A model generated the notes under the pieces. The model had not been told where the DNA came from, made no database searches, and was given only the letters and a program-made list of their open reading frames with translations. A stretch of 63,295 nt of DNA, the filler included, from Actinomycetota bacterium (GTDB taxonomy: Bacteria > Actinomycetota > CADDZG01 > JAHWKV01 > JAOPZY01), in NCBI GenBank assembly GCA_025963875.1. It is 6 parts of 6 records of this genome, joined end to end, with 100 filler letters (N's around TTAATTAATTAA, not from the genome) between each part and the next. Parts side by side here need not be neighbours in the genome. Positions count along the whole stretch, not along the records: positions 4,529 to 29,509 come from JAOPZY010000186.1; positions 29,610 to 39,687 come from JAOPZY010000196.1; 4 more parts are not named here. The stretch is one strand, 5' to 3'. The translations under genes and the position numbers were made by a program. Shown in pieces: positions 20,839-29,739 of the stretch. Position 1 is the stretch's first letter, and the number at the start of each line of letters is the position of its first letter.

Positions 20839-22779
20839 TCACTCTGCGACGCCGGGGCCCATCGGCACGTCTCCGGAACGAGCCGGGCCCGGGAGGGGTG
20901 TTCCTCCCGAAGGGAGTGTGACTCCCCCCGTAGGAAGGACCGGCCCCGGCCCGATCCCGAGACGCTGAAGGGCGTTCTGCATGACGATCTTGAACGTGGG
21001 CGCCGCCGTGGAACCTCCCCAAATGGGCGTTGGATCGTCGAGCACGACACCGACCGCCACCTGGGGATTAGCCGCGGGAGCGAACCCGATGAACGACGCC
21101 GTGTAGCCCGAGTAGCCCGATCCACCCGGGATGGGCTTCTGGGCCGTGCCGGTCTTGCCTGCCACCTGGTAACCGGGCACCGCGGCGGCGCCCCCCGTGC
21201 CGGTCGCGCCCCCGACCACCTCCAACAGCATCGAGGTGAGAGTTTTGGCAGTATCGGGACGGATGACCCGGCGGGAGAGCGGCGCCGCGGCGGGCTTCAG
21301 CTTGCCCGAGGCATCCCGCTGGCCCACGACGATCCGGGGTTGCACCCAGACCCCCCCGTTGGCGACCGTCGCGTACACGGACATCATCTGCATCGGCGTC
21401 ACCGCGACCCCCTGCCCGATGGCGGCGGTCGGCAGCTGGGTGGCCGACCACGTCTTGGCGGGCGGAAGGATGCCCGACGACTCCCCGGGCAGGCCCACCC
21501 CGGTGGCCTTGCCGTACCCGAACTTCTGCAGGTAGCTGTAGAGGCGGTCCTTGCCAACCTTCAACCCGACCTGGATGGTTCCGACGTTGGAGGACTGCTC
21601 GAGGATCTGGGGCAACGTGAGGTTGAGGACCTTGTGCGGCTCCGCGTCGTGGAAGGTCCTGTTGGCCAGGTGCAGGGTGTCCGGGACGGCCATGACCTCG
21701 TCCGGCGTGACGGCCCCCGACTCGAGGGCCGCCGCCGCCGTGATCACCTTGCTCGCCGACCCTGGCTCGTACACGTCCTGGACCGCCCGGTCCGTGCGGG
21801 AGGATGCCGTGGACGTGGGGTACATGTTGAGGTCGAACGTCGGGAAGTTGGCGAGGCCCAGGACCTCCCCGGTCGAGGGTCGCATCACGATGATGGTTCC
21901 CCCATTGGCATGGTAGGTCTGCACCGCCTGCGCCAGGGCGGCTTCCGCCTGGTACTGGATGTTCTGGTCGAGCGTGAGGACGACGTCGTTGCCGGCCACC
22001 GGCGGGGTGGTCTCGGACTTGGCGGAGACGATCACCCTGCCCTGGGGGTCGGTCTGCATCGCCATCGACCCGGCCTTGCCCGACAGCACCGAGTTGTACG
22101 TCGCCTCCAGCCCCGCCAGGCCCTGGGCGTCGGTGCCGGTGAAGCCGACGATGTGCGCCGCAAGCTGCCCGTCCGGGTACACGCGCAGCGGCTCGGTGAC
22201 GGACTGGATACCCGGGATCCCGAGGGCGACGACGCTTGCCGCCACCTGCGGGTCGATCCGGCGCGCGAGGTAGGCGAAGCCCGTCCCGTTGGAGAGCCTC
22301 GCGGCAAGGTCGGCCGCCGGCACACCGAGCATGGGCGCGAGGGTCTGTGCGGTGGCCTGCGGGCTCACGATGAGCCGGGGGTCGGCGATGAGCGTCTTGG
22401 CATCGACGGACATGGCAAGGGTGTTGCCGTTGCGGTCGACGATCGAGCCCCGGCGGGCCGCCAAGGTCACCGTCCGGTCCCGCTGCCCGGACGCGAGCGC
22501 GACGAAATGCCCGGAGGAGACACCCTGGACCCACACGAGGCGCCCGGCCACCACGAGGAGCGAGGCGATCATGAGCACGAGCAGCACGATCAGGCGGACG
22601 CGGGGGCGGAAGCCCCCCGCGGACCGACGGGTGATGGGCCGGACCTGCGGTGCCCACACGTCCAGCCGGGGTAAGGGAGCCGCCCGGGGCACCGGTGGCG
22701 GCGCGACGGCTGGGGACCGGCTTCGGACCGGCGCCCTCCGGGGCGCGGCACGACGCTCCTGGGGCGGCATCGTCCTCAT
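20839..22779 (-). CDS. ftsI: Class B penicillin-binding protein FtsI
   Basis: RGSIVDRNG, YEPGSASK (SxxK), SSN, KTGT. Confidence 0.96.
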   Translation of the reverse strand: MRTMPPQERRAAPRRAPVRSRSPAVAPPPVPRAAPLPRLDVWAPQVRPITRRSAGGFRPRVRLIVLLVLMIASLLVVAGRLVWVQGVSSGHFVALASGQRDRTVTLAARRGSIVDRNGNTLAMSVDAKTLIADPRLIVSPQATAQTLAPMLGVPAADLAARLSNGTGFAYLARRIDPQVAASVVALGIPGIQSVTEPLRVYPDGQLAAHIVGFTGTDAQGLAGLEATYNSVLSGKAGSMAMQTDPQGRVIVSAKSETTPPVAGNDVVLTLDQNIQYQAEAALAQAVQTYHANGGTIIVMRPSTGEVLGLANFPTFDLNMYPTSTASSRTDRAVQDVYEPGSASKVITAAAALESGAVTPDEVMAVPDTLHLANRTFHDAEPHKVLNLTLPQILEQSSNVGTIQVGLKVGKDRLYSYLQKFGYGKATGVGLPGESSGILPPAKTWSATQLPTAAIGQGVAVTPMQMMSVYATVANGGVWVQPRIVVGQRDASGKLKPAAAPLSRRVIRPDTAKTLTSMLLEVVGGATGTGGAAAVPGYQVAGKTGTAQKPIPGGSGYSGYTASFIGFAPAANPQVAVGVVLDDPTPIWGGSTAAPTFKIVMQNALQRLGIGPGPVLPTGGVTLPSGGTPLPGPARSGDVPMGPGVAE

Positions 22780-23384
22780 CGCCGCGCCGCCGTCTTCACC
22801 GCTCCCGGGGCTGAGCCCGTGGCGGTCGCGGTGGTTGTGGCTTGCCCCGGACCGACCAGCGTCTGCATGTTCGTGGCAGGGAGGAGACCGGCCTGCGAAG
22901 CGAGGCTGGCGACGCGGCCGGGGGCCTCCTGCACAGAAACTGCGTAGCGGAGCTCACGGAGCTGCGCCTGTTGCCTTGTGACCTGGCTCTCCAGCGTGTC
23001 CATCCGGAAGGACGACTGATCCACCATCACGTGGAGGACCACCAGAGCGAAAATTGCCGCTCCGACCAGCACCGATGCAAAGATGATGAACGGCATCCCG
23101 GGAGCTTTGGTTGAGGTGACGCTGCGGGAGATAACCCTTAACTTCAGCCTTAGGCTTTGAGCGGGCGAGGCCTCGAGCGGGATCGCGTCGACCATCTGGG
23201 CGGCTGCGGCCGAGGCCCCGCCCCCCTGCGAGATGCCCGAGCTCCACATCTGCCCGTGGGCCTCGGTGCCGGAAGGGAGGTCCTCTGGCGCCGCCCCGCC
23301 TGGGAGCACGATGAGGTGCTTGACCCGGCGCGGCGCTACCCCTTCCTCCTCCTCGTCCTGCGGGCCGTCGTACTCCGGCGACAT
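22776..23384 (-). CDS. ftsL: FtsL-like septum protein with long N-terminal extension
   Basis: One TM helix then coiled coil; lies between rsmH and ftsI with coupled overlaps. Confidence 0.7.
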   Translation of the reverse strand: MSPEYDGPQDEEEEGVAPRRVKHLIVLPGGAAPEDLPSGTEAHGQMWSSGISQGGGASAAAAQMVDAIPLEASPAQSLRLKLRVISRSVTSTKAPGMPFIIFASVLVGAAIFALVVLHVMVDQSSFRMDTLESQVTRQQAQLRELRYAVSVQEAPGRVASLASQAGLLPATNMQTLVGPGQATTTATATGSAPGAVKTAARR

Positions 23385-24370
23385 CAGGAAACCTCCGCAA
23401 GCTCGAGGCGCTCCGCGACGCGCAACATCGCGCTCGACGCCCGTGGGTTGGCCTCGATCTCCTCGGCTCCGGGCCGCAGAGGCTTGCGGGTCACCACACG
23501 GAGGCTTGCCCGGGCACCGCACACGCAGACGGGCAGGTCGCGGGGACAGCGGCAGCCCGCCGCCGCATCCGCAAACGTCCGCTTCACGAGGCGGTCCTCG
23601 AGCGAGTGGTAGCTGATCACGGCGACCCGCCCGCCGGGGCGGAGGGCCTCGATTGCCTGGGGAAGCGTGGCCTCCAGCTCCCCCAGCTCGTCGTTGACCT
23701 CGATGCGCAGGGCTTGGAAGGTACGGCGCGCCGGATGTGGGCCGGTCCGCCGGGTGGCCGCAGGGATGGCGTCCTTCACGACCTCGGCGAGATCCGTGGT
23801 ATCGGCGAAGGGGCGCTGCGTGCGCCGGCGGGCGATGGCCGCTGCGATGCGGCGCGCGAAGCGTTCCTCGCCCCATCGGGAAAGCACCGAGGCCAGCGCA
23901 GCCTCGGAATAGCCGTTCACCACGTCCGCCGCGGTAAGAGCCTGGGCGGGATCCATGCGCATGTCGAGGGGCCCCCCCGATCGGAAGCCGAAGCCCCGGG
24001 CGGGTTGGTCGAGATGCGGAGACGACACACCGAGGTCGTAGAGGATCCCTCGGACGTCGCCGGCGCCCACCTCCGCGAGGACCGCCGCCAGGTCGCCGAA
24101 GCGCCGGTGGACGAGGATGACCCGATCGCCGAAGCGCGCCAGACGGCGCCGCGCGGCAGCGAGCGCCTCGGGGTCGCGGTCGAGGCCGATGAGGGACGCG
24201 CCGGGGGCTGCGGCCAGCAGGGCCTCGGCGTGTCCGCCCCCTCCCACGGTGCAGTCAACGAGGGTGCCTTCCGGCGCAGCCTCCAGTGCGGGCACCAGCT
24301 CCCGCACGACCTCGGCCGCCAGGACCGGGACGTGGTGGAACGCCGTCCCCTCCTCGTCGGGGGTGGCCAT
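23384..24370 (-). CDS. rsmH: 16S rRNA m4C1402 methyltransferase
   Basis: HVPVL, DCTVGGGGH, DLGVSS, PLDMRMD, FQALRIEVN, HSLEDR, NPR. Confidence 0.98.
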   Translation of the reverse strand: MATPDEEGTAFHHVPVLAAEVVRELVPALEAAPEGTLVDCTVGGGGHAEALLAAAPGASLIGLDRDPEALAAARRRLARFGDRVILVHRRFGDLAAVLAEVGAGDVRGILYDLGVSSPHLDQPARGFGFRSGGPLDMRMDPAQALTAADVVNGYSEAALASVLSRWGEERFARRIAAAIARRRTQRPFADTTDLAEVVKDAIPAATRRTGPHPARRTFQALRIEVNDELGELEATLPQAIEALRPGGRVAVISYHSLEDRLVKRTFADAAAGCRCPRDLPVCVCGARASLRVVTRKPLRPGAEEIEANPRASSAMLRVAERLELAEVS

Positions 24371-24376
24371 CCACGA

Positions 24377-24565
24377 TCACCTGAGCGCCCCGACGAAGAA
24401 CAGGGCCAGGCCGACGTACCCGGCAATGATGAAGCCGGCGACCGCGAGCAGCAGGAAGGTCGCGTACGTCTCGCGCCCGAGGCTGGCCCCAGGGAACTCC
24501 CGGATCTCGAACCCGAGAGCAGCCGAAGGCCGCTCCGGCCTCTCTACCGCCATGTCCATCGCCAT
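24377..24565 (-). CDS. Small single-TM protein (62 aa)
   Basis: AGAGGAG RBS; fills the mraZ-rsmH gap; hydrophobic C-terminus. Confidence 0.65.
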   Translation of the reverse strand: MAMDMAVERPERPSAALGFEIREFPGASLGRETYATFLLLAVAGFIIAGYVGLALFFVGALR

Positions 24566-24580
24566 GTTGTGTCTCCTCTT

Positions 24581-25003
24581 TTAAAGCTGCAGCGTTTCTG
24601 CAATTTCCTCGTACCGCTCGACCACGTTGCCCTGGTAGGTGTCGTAGAGCGCCCGGTCCCAGATCTCAGCTCGCCGGGACACCCCGGAGAGCACGAGTTC
24701 CTTGCCCAGACCGGCAAGCTCCCGCAGGTTGGCGGGGATGGTGATGCGCCCCTGCCCGTCCACCTGCTCCTCGGAGGCCTTGGCAAAGAAGATCCGGCTG
24801 TAGGCGCGGGCATCCTTGCGCTCCACCGGCAGTTCGTCGAATCGCTGTGCCCAGTCCTCGAACCGCGGCTTTCCCATGAGGAACAGGCACCGGTCGAGGC
24901 CCTGCGTGATGACCACGGTCTCGCCCAGCTCCTCCCGCCAGCGCGACGGGAGAAAGACCCTCCCCTTGGAGTCCAAGGAGTGACGAAACTCGCCAAGCAG
25001 CAC
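24581..25003 (-). CDS. mraZ: Transcriptional regulator MraZ
   Basis: LDSKGR and VDGQGRITIP boxes, AEIWD; GTG start at 25003. Confidence 0.97.
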   Translation of the reverse strand: MLLGEFRHSLDSKGRVFLPSRWREELGETVVITQGLDRCLFLMGKPRFEDWAQRFDELPVERKDARAYSRIFFAKASEEQVDGQGRITIPANLRELAGLGKELVLSGVSRRAEIWDRALYDTYQGNVVERYEEIAETLQL

Positions 25004-25065
25004 TGGTCCGCTCCACTCGCCTTCCGGTCTGATGCCTTGGGAATGCCTTCCGTGGAGAGAACCCC

Positions 25066-25106
25066 CCACGGCGCCCCACCCTACGCCACTATCCACCACC
25101 AGTCAA
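25066..25106 (-). promoter_or_regulatory. dcw promoter overlapped by four MraZ boxes
   Basis: Minus strand TTGACT, 17 nt, TAGGGT; GTGG starting at 25099, 25089, 25079 and 25069 (10-bp period). Confidence 0.88.
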
Positions 25107-25335
25107 CATTTTCAACGGCAAAAACAGGTGTAGATAGGACTTACAGTTGTGTAATTCGGGGGTCCGCCGAGCGCTGCTGCAACGCAAACGAACTGATGTT
25201 CGATATCCTCCGGGGAATGACTGCGGTAGCGGAATGGGCAGTGCCGGAAGCGCACGGACCCGAATGTCGCAAGAGGCGATAATGCCTTCTTCGCGAGGCG
25301 GCCCGAGCAAGGCGAGCAAGGGTGGGGAGGGAGAG

Positions 25336-26640
25336 ATGCGCGGACGCCGGGCCCTGGCAGCGGGCGTGGTCGCAACGATGGCCGCGTTCCTGCCGTTCCT
25401 GCTGCCGGCTGGTGCGGCAACAGCCGATACGGGGGGCTACCCCAACGCGGACATGCCCTGCGAGTGGTCCCCCCAGGCCTCGTCCGGCCCGCCGCACACA
25501 AAATGGTGTCAGGACTTCGACTGGGGCCCGACGCCCTCGACGCTATCCGCCGGGCAGGAGTCCGTGGACGGTCCCACCACGATCTCGCCGCGTGGATTCG
25601 GGTACCGAAACTGCACGGACTACGTGGCGGTCAAATTGGGTTTCGACTCCCGGGCGGTGCACGGCAACGCCTCGCAATGGAAGGATCAGATCCCTCCACC
25701 CAACGTCACCAATTACCCCACGATCGGAGCCGTTGCCTGGTGGGGCACCGAGGTGGACGACGGGCTCGGCCACGTCGCCGTCGTGCTCTCCCTCAACCCC
25801 GACGGCAGCGCCGTGATCGGCGAGTACAACAACTTCCTCGACGGCACCTACGACACCCGGACGATCTCGTCCCGTGGGGCGGACGCCTTCCTCCACATCA
25901 ACGACCAGGCAGCGCCCGGAGGCGTGGCATGGGTGCCCGGCTACCGGCCAACGCTGCCCACCCCCACACCGGCAGCGCCGAAGCCGGCTGCGACCCATCC
26001 GCCACCTCCGCCCCCGAAACCGGCGCCCCCACCCCCTGCACCGGGTCCCTCGCCCACGCCGGTGGCGCGCCCGACCGGTCCGGATCCGAAGGTCCTGGCG
26101 GCGGGAGCCCTGTCCGGCCTCGGGGCCTCTTACGTGTCGTTCGATCCCGGCCCGGTCATGCGCCCCCACACCTCGCGCCTCGTCGAGGCGCGCGTCAGCC
26201 AGCCCGACGCCCTGGCGTCGGCACTCAACCAGCACCTCACGGGCTCCGCCGCCCTACCGCTGAAGCCCGGCAATCTCATGGCGGCCACACTGGAGAGCCC
26301 CGACTTCCGCATCGCCGCCACCACGCCGGCCCAGCAGGCAGTGGTGGGGACCAACCTTGCCGTGTGGCAGTGGACCGTGACGCCGCTCAGGCCGGGTGCC
26401 CACGTCCTGACCCTCTGCCTCTCCGTCGACGTCACCACCCCGGATGGGCCCCAGACATCCCCGCCGACCTGCACCCTGAAGCGCCCGGTCAAGGTCACGA
26501 ACACCCCCACCTTCCTCGCCGCGGGACTCATGGGCAGCAGCTCGCCGTGGGTGCTGGGGGGCACTGCGGGCCTCCTTGCTCTCGCCGCCGTAGCTGGGGC
26601 CGGGCTGTCCGTCGTGCGGCGGAGGGCCCGGAACCGGTAA
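25336..26640 (+). CDS. Secreted or membrane-anchored CHAP-domain peptidoglycan hydrolase
   Basis: Signal peptide; YRNCTDYV, GNASQW, GHVAVV, EYN; Pro-rich linker; C-terminal TM helix with basic tail. Confidence 0.85.
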   Translation: MRGRRALAAGVVATMAAFLPFLLPAGAATADTGGYPNADMPCEWSPQASSGPPHTKWCQDFDWGPTPSTLSAGQESVDGPTTISPRGFGYRNCTDYVAVKLGFDSRAVHGNASQWKDQIPPPNVTNYPTIGAVAWWGTEVDDGLGHVAVVLSLNPDGSAVIGEYNNFLDGTYDTRTISSRGADAFLHINDQAAPGGVAWVPGYRPTLPTPTPAAPKPAATHPPPPPPKPAPPPPAPGPSPTPVARPTGPDPKVLAAGALSGLGASYVSFDPGPVMRPHTSRLVEARVSQPDALASALNQHLTGSAALPLKPGNLMAATLESPDFRIAATTPAQQAVVGTNLAVWQWTVTPLRPGAHVLTLCLSVDVTTPDGPQTSPPTCTLKRPVKVTNTPTFLAAGLMGSSSPWVLGGTAGLLALAAVAGAGLSVVRRRARNR

Positions 26641-26692
26641 CCGGTGCGGCCGAACCAGAGCCACTTGACCGGTCCCAGGCCCCTGCCCGCCT

Positions 26693-26905
26693 TCAGCGAT
26701 CAATCACGCCCAATGCCACATCCCAATGAAAGGAGCAAAGACCCTTGCGGTCCCAGGCTCGCCGGTCGCATCCGGGCCAGGCGCAGTCCAGCCTGCCGGC
26801 GCGGCGATGCACCAAAGTCATGTGCTCAGAGCAGATGGAGCCCAGGCAGGCGGGTCGCTGGCACGAGTTTCGATAATTGGCGGGCCAGACGCAGCGGTTA
26901 GTCAT
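26693..26905 (-). CDS. Small protein with two CCCH-like Zn-finger motifs (70 aa)
   Basis: C-x9-C-x9-C-x2-H and C-x4-C-x10-C-x2-H. Confidence 0.5.
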   Translation of the reverse strand: MTNRCVWPANYRNSCQRPACLGSICSEHMTLVHRRAGRLDCAWPGCDRRAWDRKGLCSFHWDVALGVIDR

Positions 26906-27057
26906 GCGGCCAACTTTCGGCGAGGCCGGGAGAGGAGGCCACCTCCCGGCGTATGAGCGGCATGCATCCGGCGCATACGCTCTTGCCTCGGGGACCGCGC
27001 AGGTGGCTAGACTCGGCACCAGGAGGCAGGACACCCATAGGGGGCCAGGCCAGAGCC

Positions 27058-28560
27058 GTGAACACGAAAAGTGCGCGCTACTGCGATTGCGGGACGCGCC
27101 TGGCGCGTGACAATCCGAGCAGTCGGTGCGGCGCCTGTCAGGCGAAAGCGCGCGACCTGGTGGTGCGGTCACCAGAGGTGCCAGCCAAGTTCTGGGCCAC
27201 CGACCGCATGCGGGACTCCTTGGCGACCTGGCATATGGGGCGCGTCGTCGCCGCCTACCGGAATCACCCGTTCCACGGACGTCCCCTCCCGCAGGAGACC
27301 GTCGCCGGGTGGGTGGGTATCACGCAGGCTCAGCTCAGCCGCATCGAGAGCGGGCCGCCGATCAAGGACCTGGAGAGGCTGATCGAGTGGGCCCGCGTCC
27401 TCCACATCCCGACCTCCCTGCTGTGGTTCAAGCTCCCCGAGCAACGGCTTGCCCAAGCGCCGGAGGAGCCGGCTCAACCCCGGTCAGAGGATGGTCCCGT
27501 CGGGAGCTACCCGCTCGCCAGCAAACGAGCGGCGTCGGTGCTCGACATGGTGACGTCCGACGACGCGTTGGTGGCGACGCCAGCCCTGGCGGTTCGTCTG
27601 GCCCACGAGTGGCTGGTGACGGAACCACCTCAGATCGTTGAGACCCGTGCGGGTCGCCAGATTGGCGAAGGGCTCACCCGGACGGTCGAGCAACGGGTGG
27701 AACAGCTTCGGCACATGGACGATTTCATCGGGGGAAACGACCTGTATGCATTGGTCGCGAAGGAGCTCCGCACCACCGTCTCCATCCTCAAAGAGGCCGG
27801 GTACAGCGAACTGCTCGGGAAGCGGTTTCTCACCGCGGTTGGTGAACTTTGTCAGCTGGCGGGGTGGACGGCGGCAGACGCCGGCCTGCCTGTCATGGCT
27901 CAGCGCTACTATGCGGCCGGCATTCATGCCGCTCACGAGGCCGACAACGCGGCCCTCGCAGCCAACCTGATCTCATCGTTGAGCTATCTCTACAGCAATG
28001 TCGGGAATCTCGGTGAGGCCGTGCTGCTCGCCCATACGGCATACGCCGGTGCTCGGCACCGAGCGTCGGCGGCGACGCAAGCCCTTTTGCAGGAGCGCAT
28101 TGCCTGGGCTCATGCGCGAGCAGGCGAGCTCCGCCAGACTCAAAGGGCTCTGGATGAGGCGGAGCTTGCCTATGAGCACCGCAATCCAGCCGATGATCCG
28201 CCCTGGGTCTACTGGCTCGATCGCGACGAGATAGATGTGATGGCCGGACGGTGCTACACGGAGCTCCATCGACCTCGACAGGCCGAACCACTTCTTCGCA
28301 GCGTCCTCGATCACTACAGCGAGGACCGCGTCCGTGAAAGCGTGCTGTATACGAGCTGGCTGGCGGAGGGCTACGTGCAGGCCGAGGACATCGATCAAGC
28401 TGCTGCGCAAGCGACTCGGGCGCTCATCCTCTCGACACGAGTCAACTCCTCCCGCTCAAGGGAACGAGTCCAGTTCCTTCGGCGACGACTTGCCGGCGCC
28501 CCTCATGCCCGATCGGTGCGGGACTTCGAGGAACTGTACCGAGAGCTGCAGGTCTCGTGA
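27058..28560 (+). CDS. Zn-ribbon + XRE HTH + TPR-like regulator (NsdA-like architecture)
   Basis: CDCG..RCGAC; QETVAGWVGITQAQLSRIESG; LCQLAGW..D; DPPWVYWL; start could be 26953. Confidence 0.8.
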   Translation: MNTKSARYCDCGTRLARDNPSSRCGACQAKARDLVVRSPEVPAKFWATDRMRDSLATWHMGRVVAAYRNHPFHGRPLPQETVAGWVGITQAQLSRIESGPPIKDLERLIEWARVLHIPTSLLWFKLPEQRLAQAPEEPAQPRSEDGPVGSYPLASKRAASVLDMVTSDDALVATPALAVRLAHEWLVTEPPQIVETRAGRQIGEGLTRTVEQRVEQLRHMDDFIGGNDLYALVAKELRTTVSILKEAGYSELLGKRFLTAVGELCQLAGWTAADAGLPVMAQRYYAAGIHAAHEADNAALAANLISSLSYLYSNVGNLGEAVLLAHTAYAGARHRASAATQALLQERIAWAHARAGELRQTQRALDEAELAYEHRNPADDPPWVYWLDRDEIDVMAGRCYTELHRPRQAEPLLRSVLDHYSEDRVRESVLYTSWLAEGYVQAEDIDQAAAQATRALILSTRVNSSRSRERVQFLRRRLAGAPHARSVRDFEELYRELQVS

Positions 28561-28572
28561 GGGAAGCGTGAG

Positions 28573-29508
28573 CTAGATACTCGGAGCCCCCAAACCCGCC
28601 GCTCGATCGATCTGGAGTTGCACACTCATCGCCGGCTCTCCCACCGAGAGGATCAACTCTTCAATACGGCCGGCCTCCCGGACATCGCGCTCGGCCGCTT
28701 GGAGCGCCTGGATGCGTCCCTCCGTGTCGACGACCGTCACCGTAGCGACCTCTGTTCGGAGAGAAAGATTGGCCGCCGTCTTGGCCTTCCGGACAGCCGA
28801 CAGGATCTCGGCCGCAACCTCCAGTACGAGTGGGTCTCCGCCGCGCGCAGCATCCAGCAAGGGTTGGGCTGCCGGCCAACTGGCCCGGTGAACGGAACCG
28901 GACTGCCACCACGACCACGCCTCCTCTGTCACGAAGGGCAGGAAGGGGGCGAAGAGTCGCTGGAATGTCGAGAGCGCCGCAGCGAGTGTGGAACGCGCTG
29001 AAGCGCTTGGCTCGTCCGTTCCGTATGCCCGAGTCTTCACAAGCTCAAGATAGTCATCGCAGAACTTCCAAAAGAACACCTCGGTTACCTCAAGCGCCCG
29101 GTTATATTCATACGTCTCGAAAGATGTGGTGGCTTCTCGGACCACAGAAGCCAGCTGCGCCAACAGAGACCTGTCGAGCGGCTCAGTCACGAGTGCCGAG
29201 CGATCTGCCTCGGCACCGAGGCCGAGCACGAACTTCGTTGCGTTGAGCACCTTGATGGCGAGCCTGCGTCCGACCCTCATCTGAGCGGGGTCGGCGGCTG
29301 TGTCCGTTCCCGGGCCGCCCCGGCACGCCCAGTAGCGGATGCCATCGGCACCGTACTCGTCGATCAACGCCGCCGGCGTCAGGACATTGCCCTTGGACTT
29401 CGACATCTTCTTCCGGTCGGGGTCGAGCACCCAACCATTGATGAATGCGTCCGACCAGGGAAGCTCGTTGTGCTCGAAGTGCGAGCGCAGCAGCGTCGAA
29501 AACAGCCA
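28573..29508 (-). CDS. valS: Valyl-tRNA synthetase, C-terminal part (5' lost in gap)
   Basis: GWVLDPDRKKMSKSKGN, YGADGIRYW, FCDDYLELVK, PFLPFVTEE. Confidence 0.92.
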   Translation of the reverse strand, partial: WLFSTLLRSHFEHNELPWSDAFINGWVLDPDRKKMSKSKGNVLTPAALIDEYGADGIRYWACRGGPGTDTAADPAQMRVGRRLAIKVLNATKFVLGLGAEADRSALVTEPLDRSLLAQLASVVREATTSFETYEYNRALEVTEVFFWKFCDDYLELVKTRAYGTDEPSASARSTLAAALSTFQRLFAPFLPFVTEEAWSWWQSGSVHRASWPAAQPLLDAARGGDPLVLEVAAEILSAVRKAKTAANLSLRTEVATVTVVDTEGRIQALQAAERDVREAGRIEELILSVGEPAMSVQLQIDRAAGLGAPSI

Positions 29509-29509
29509 G

Positions 29510-29609
29510 NNNNNNNNNNNNNNNNNNNNNNNNNNNNNNNNNNNNNNNNNNNNTTAATTAATTAANNNNNNNNNNNNNNNNNNNNNNNNNNNNNNNNNNN
29601 NNNNNNNNN
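29510..29609. other. Artificial contig spacer
   Basis: N44-TTAATTAATTAA-N44. Confidence 0.98.
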
Positions 29610-29739
29610 CGGTTGGCACAAAATTACTTGAAGTTCCCATAATTTTCGTCTAATATTCGCGGTCCCGTCACTTTCCCGTCACAGAGACCCCAGGCAGTCG
29701 TCCTACGGTGCCCGCTCAGCACTCACCAGGAGGTCATCC

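Noticed and set aside
8676..25282. Long antisense or alternate-frame ORFs over the dcw genes, and similar ones across the window
   Set aside because: Shadow ORFs expected from high GC3; they overlap well-supported genes and have no motifs
28573..29508. valS as a second, resistance-type copy
   Set aside because: Fragment only; copy number cannot be judged from this window
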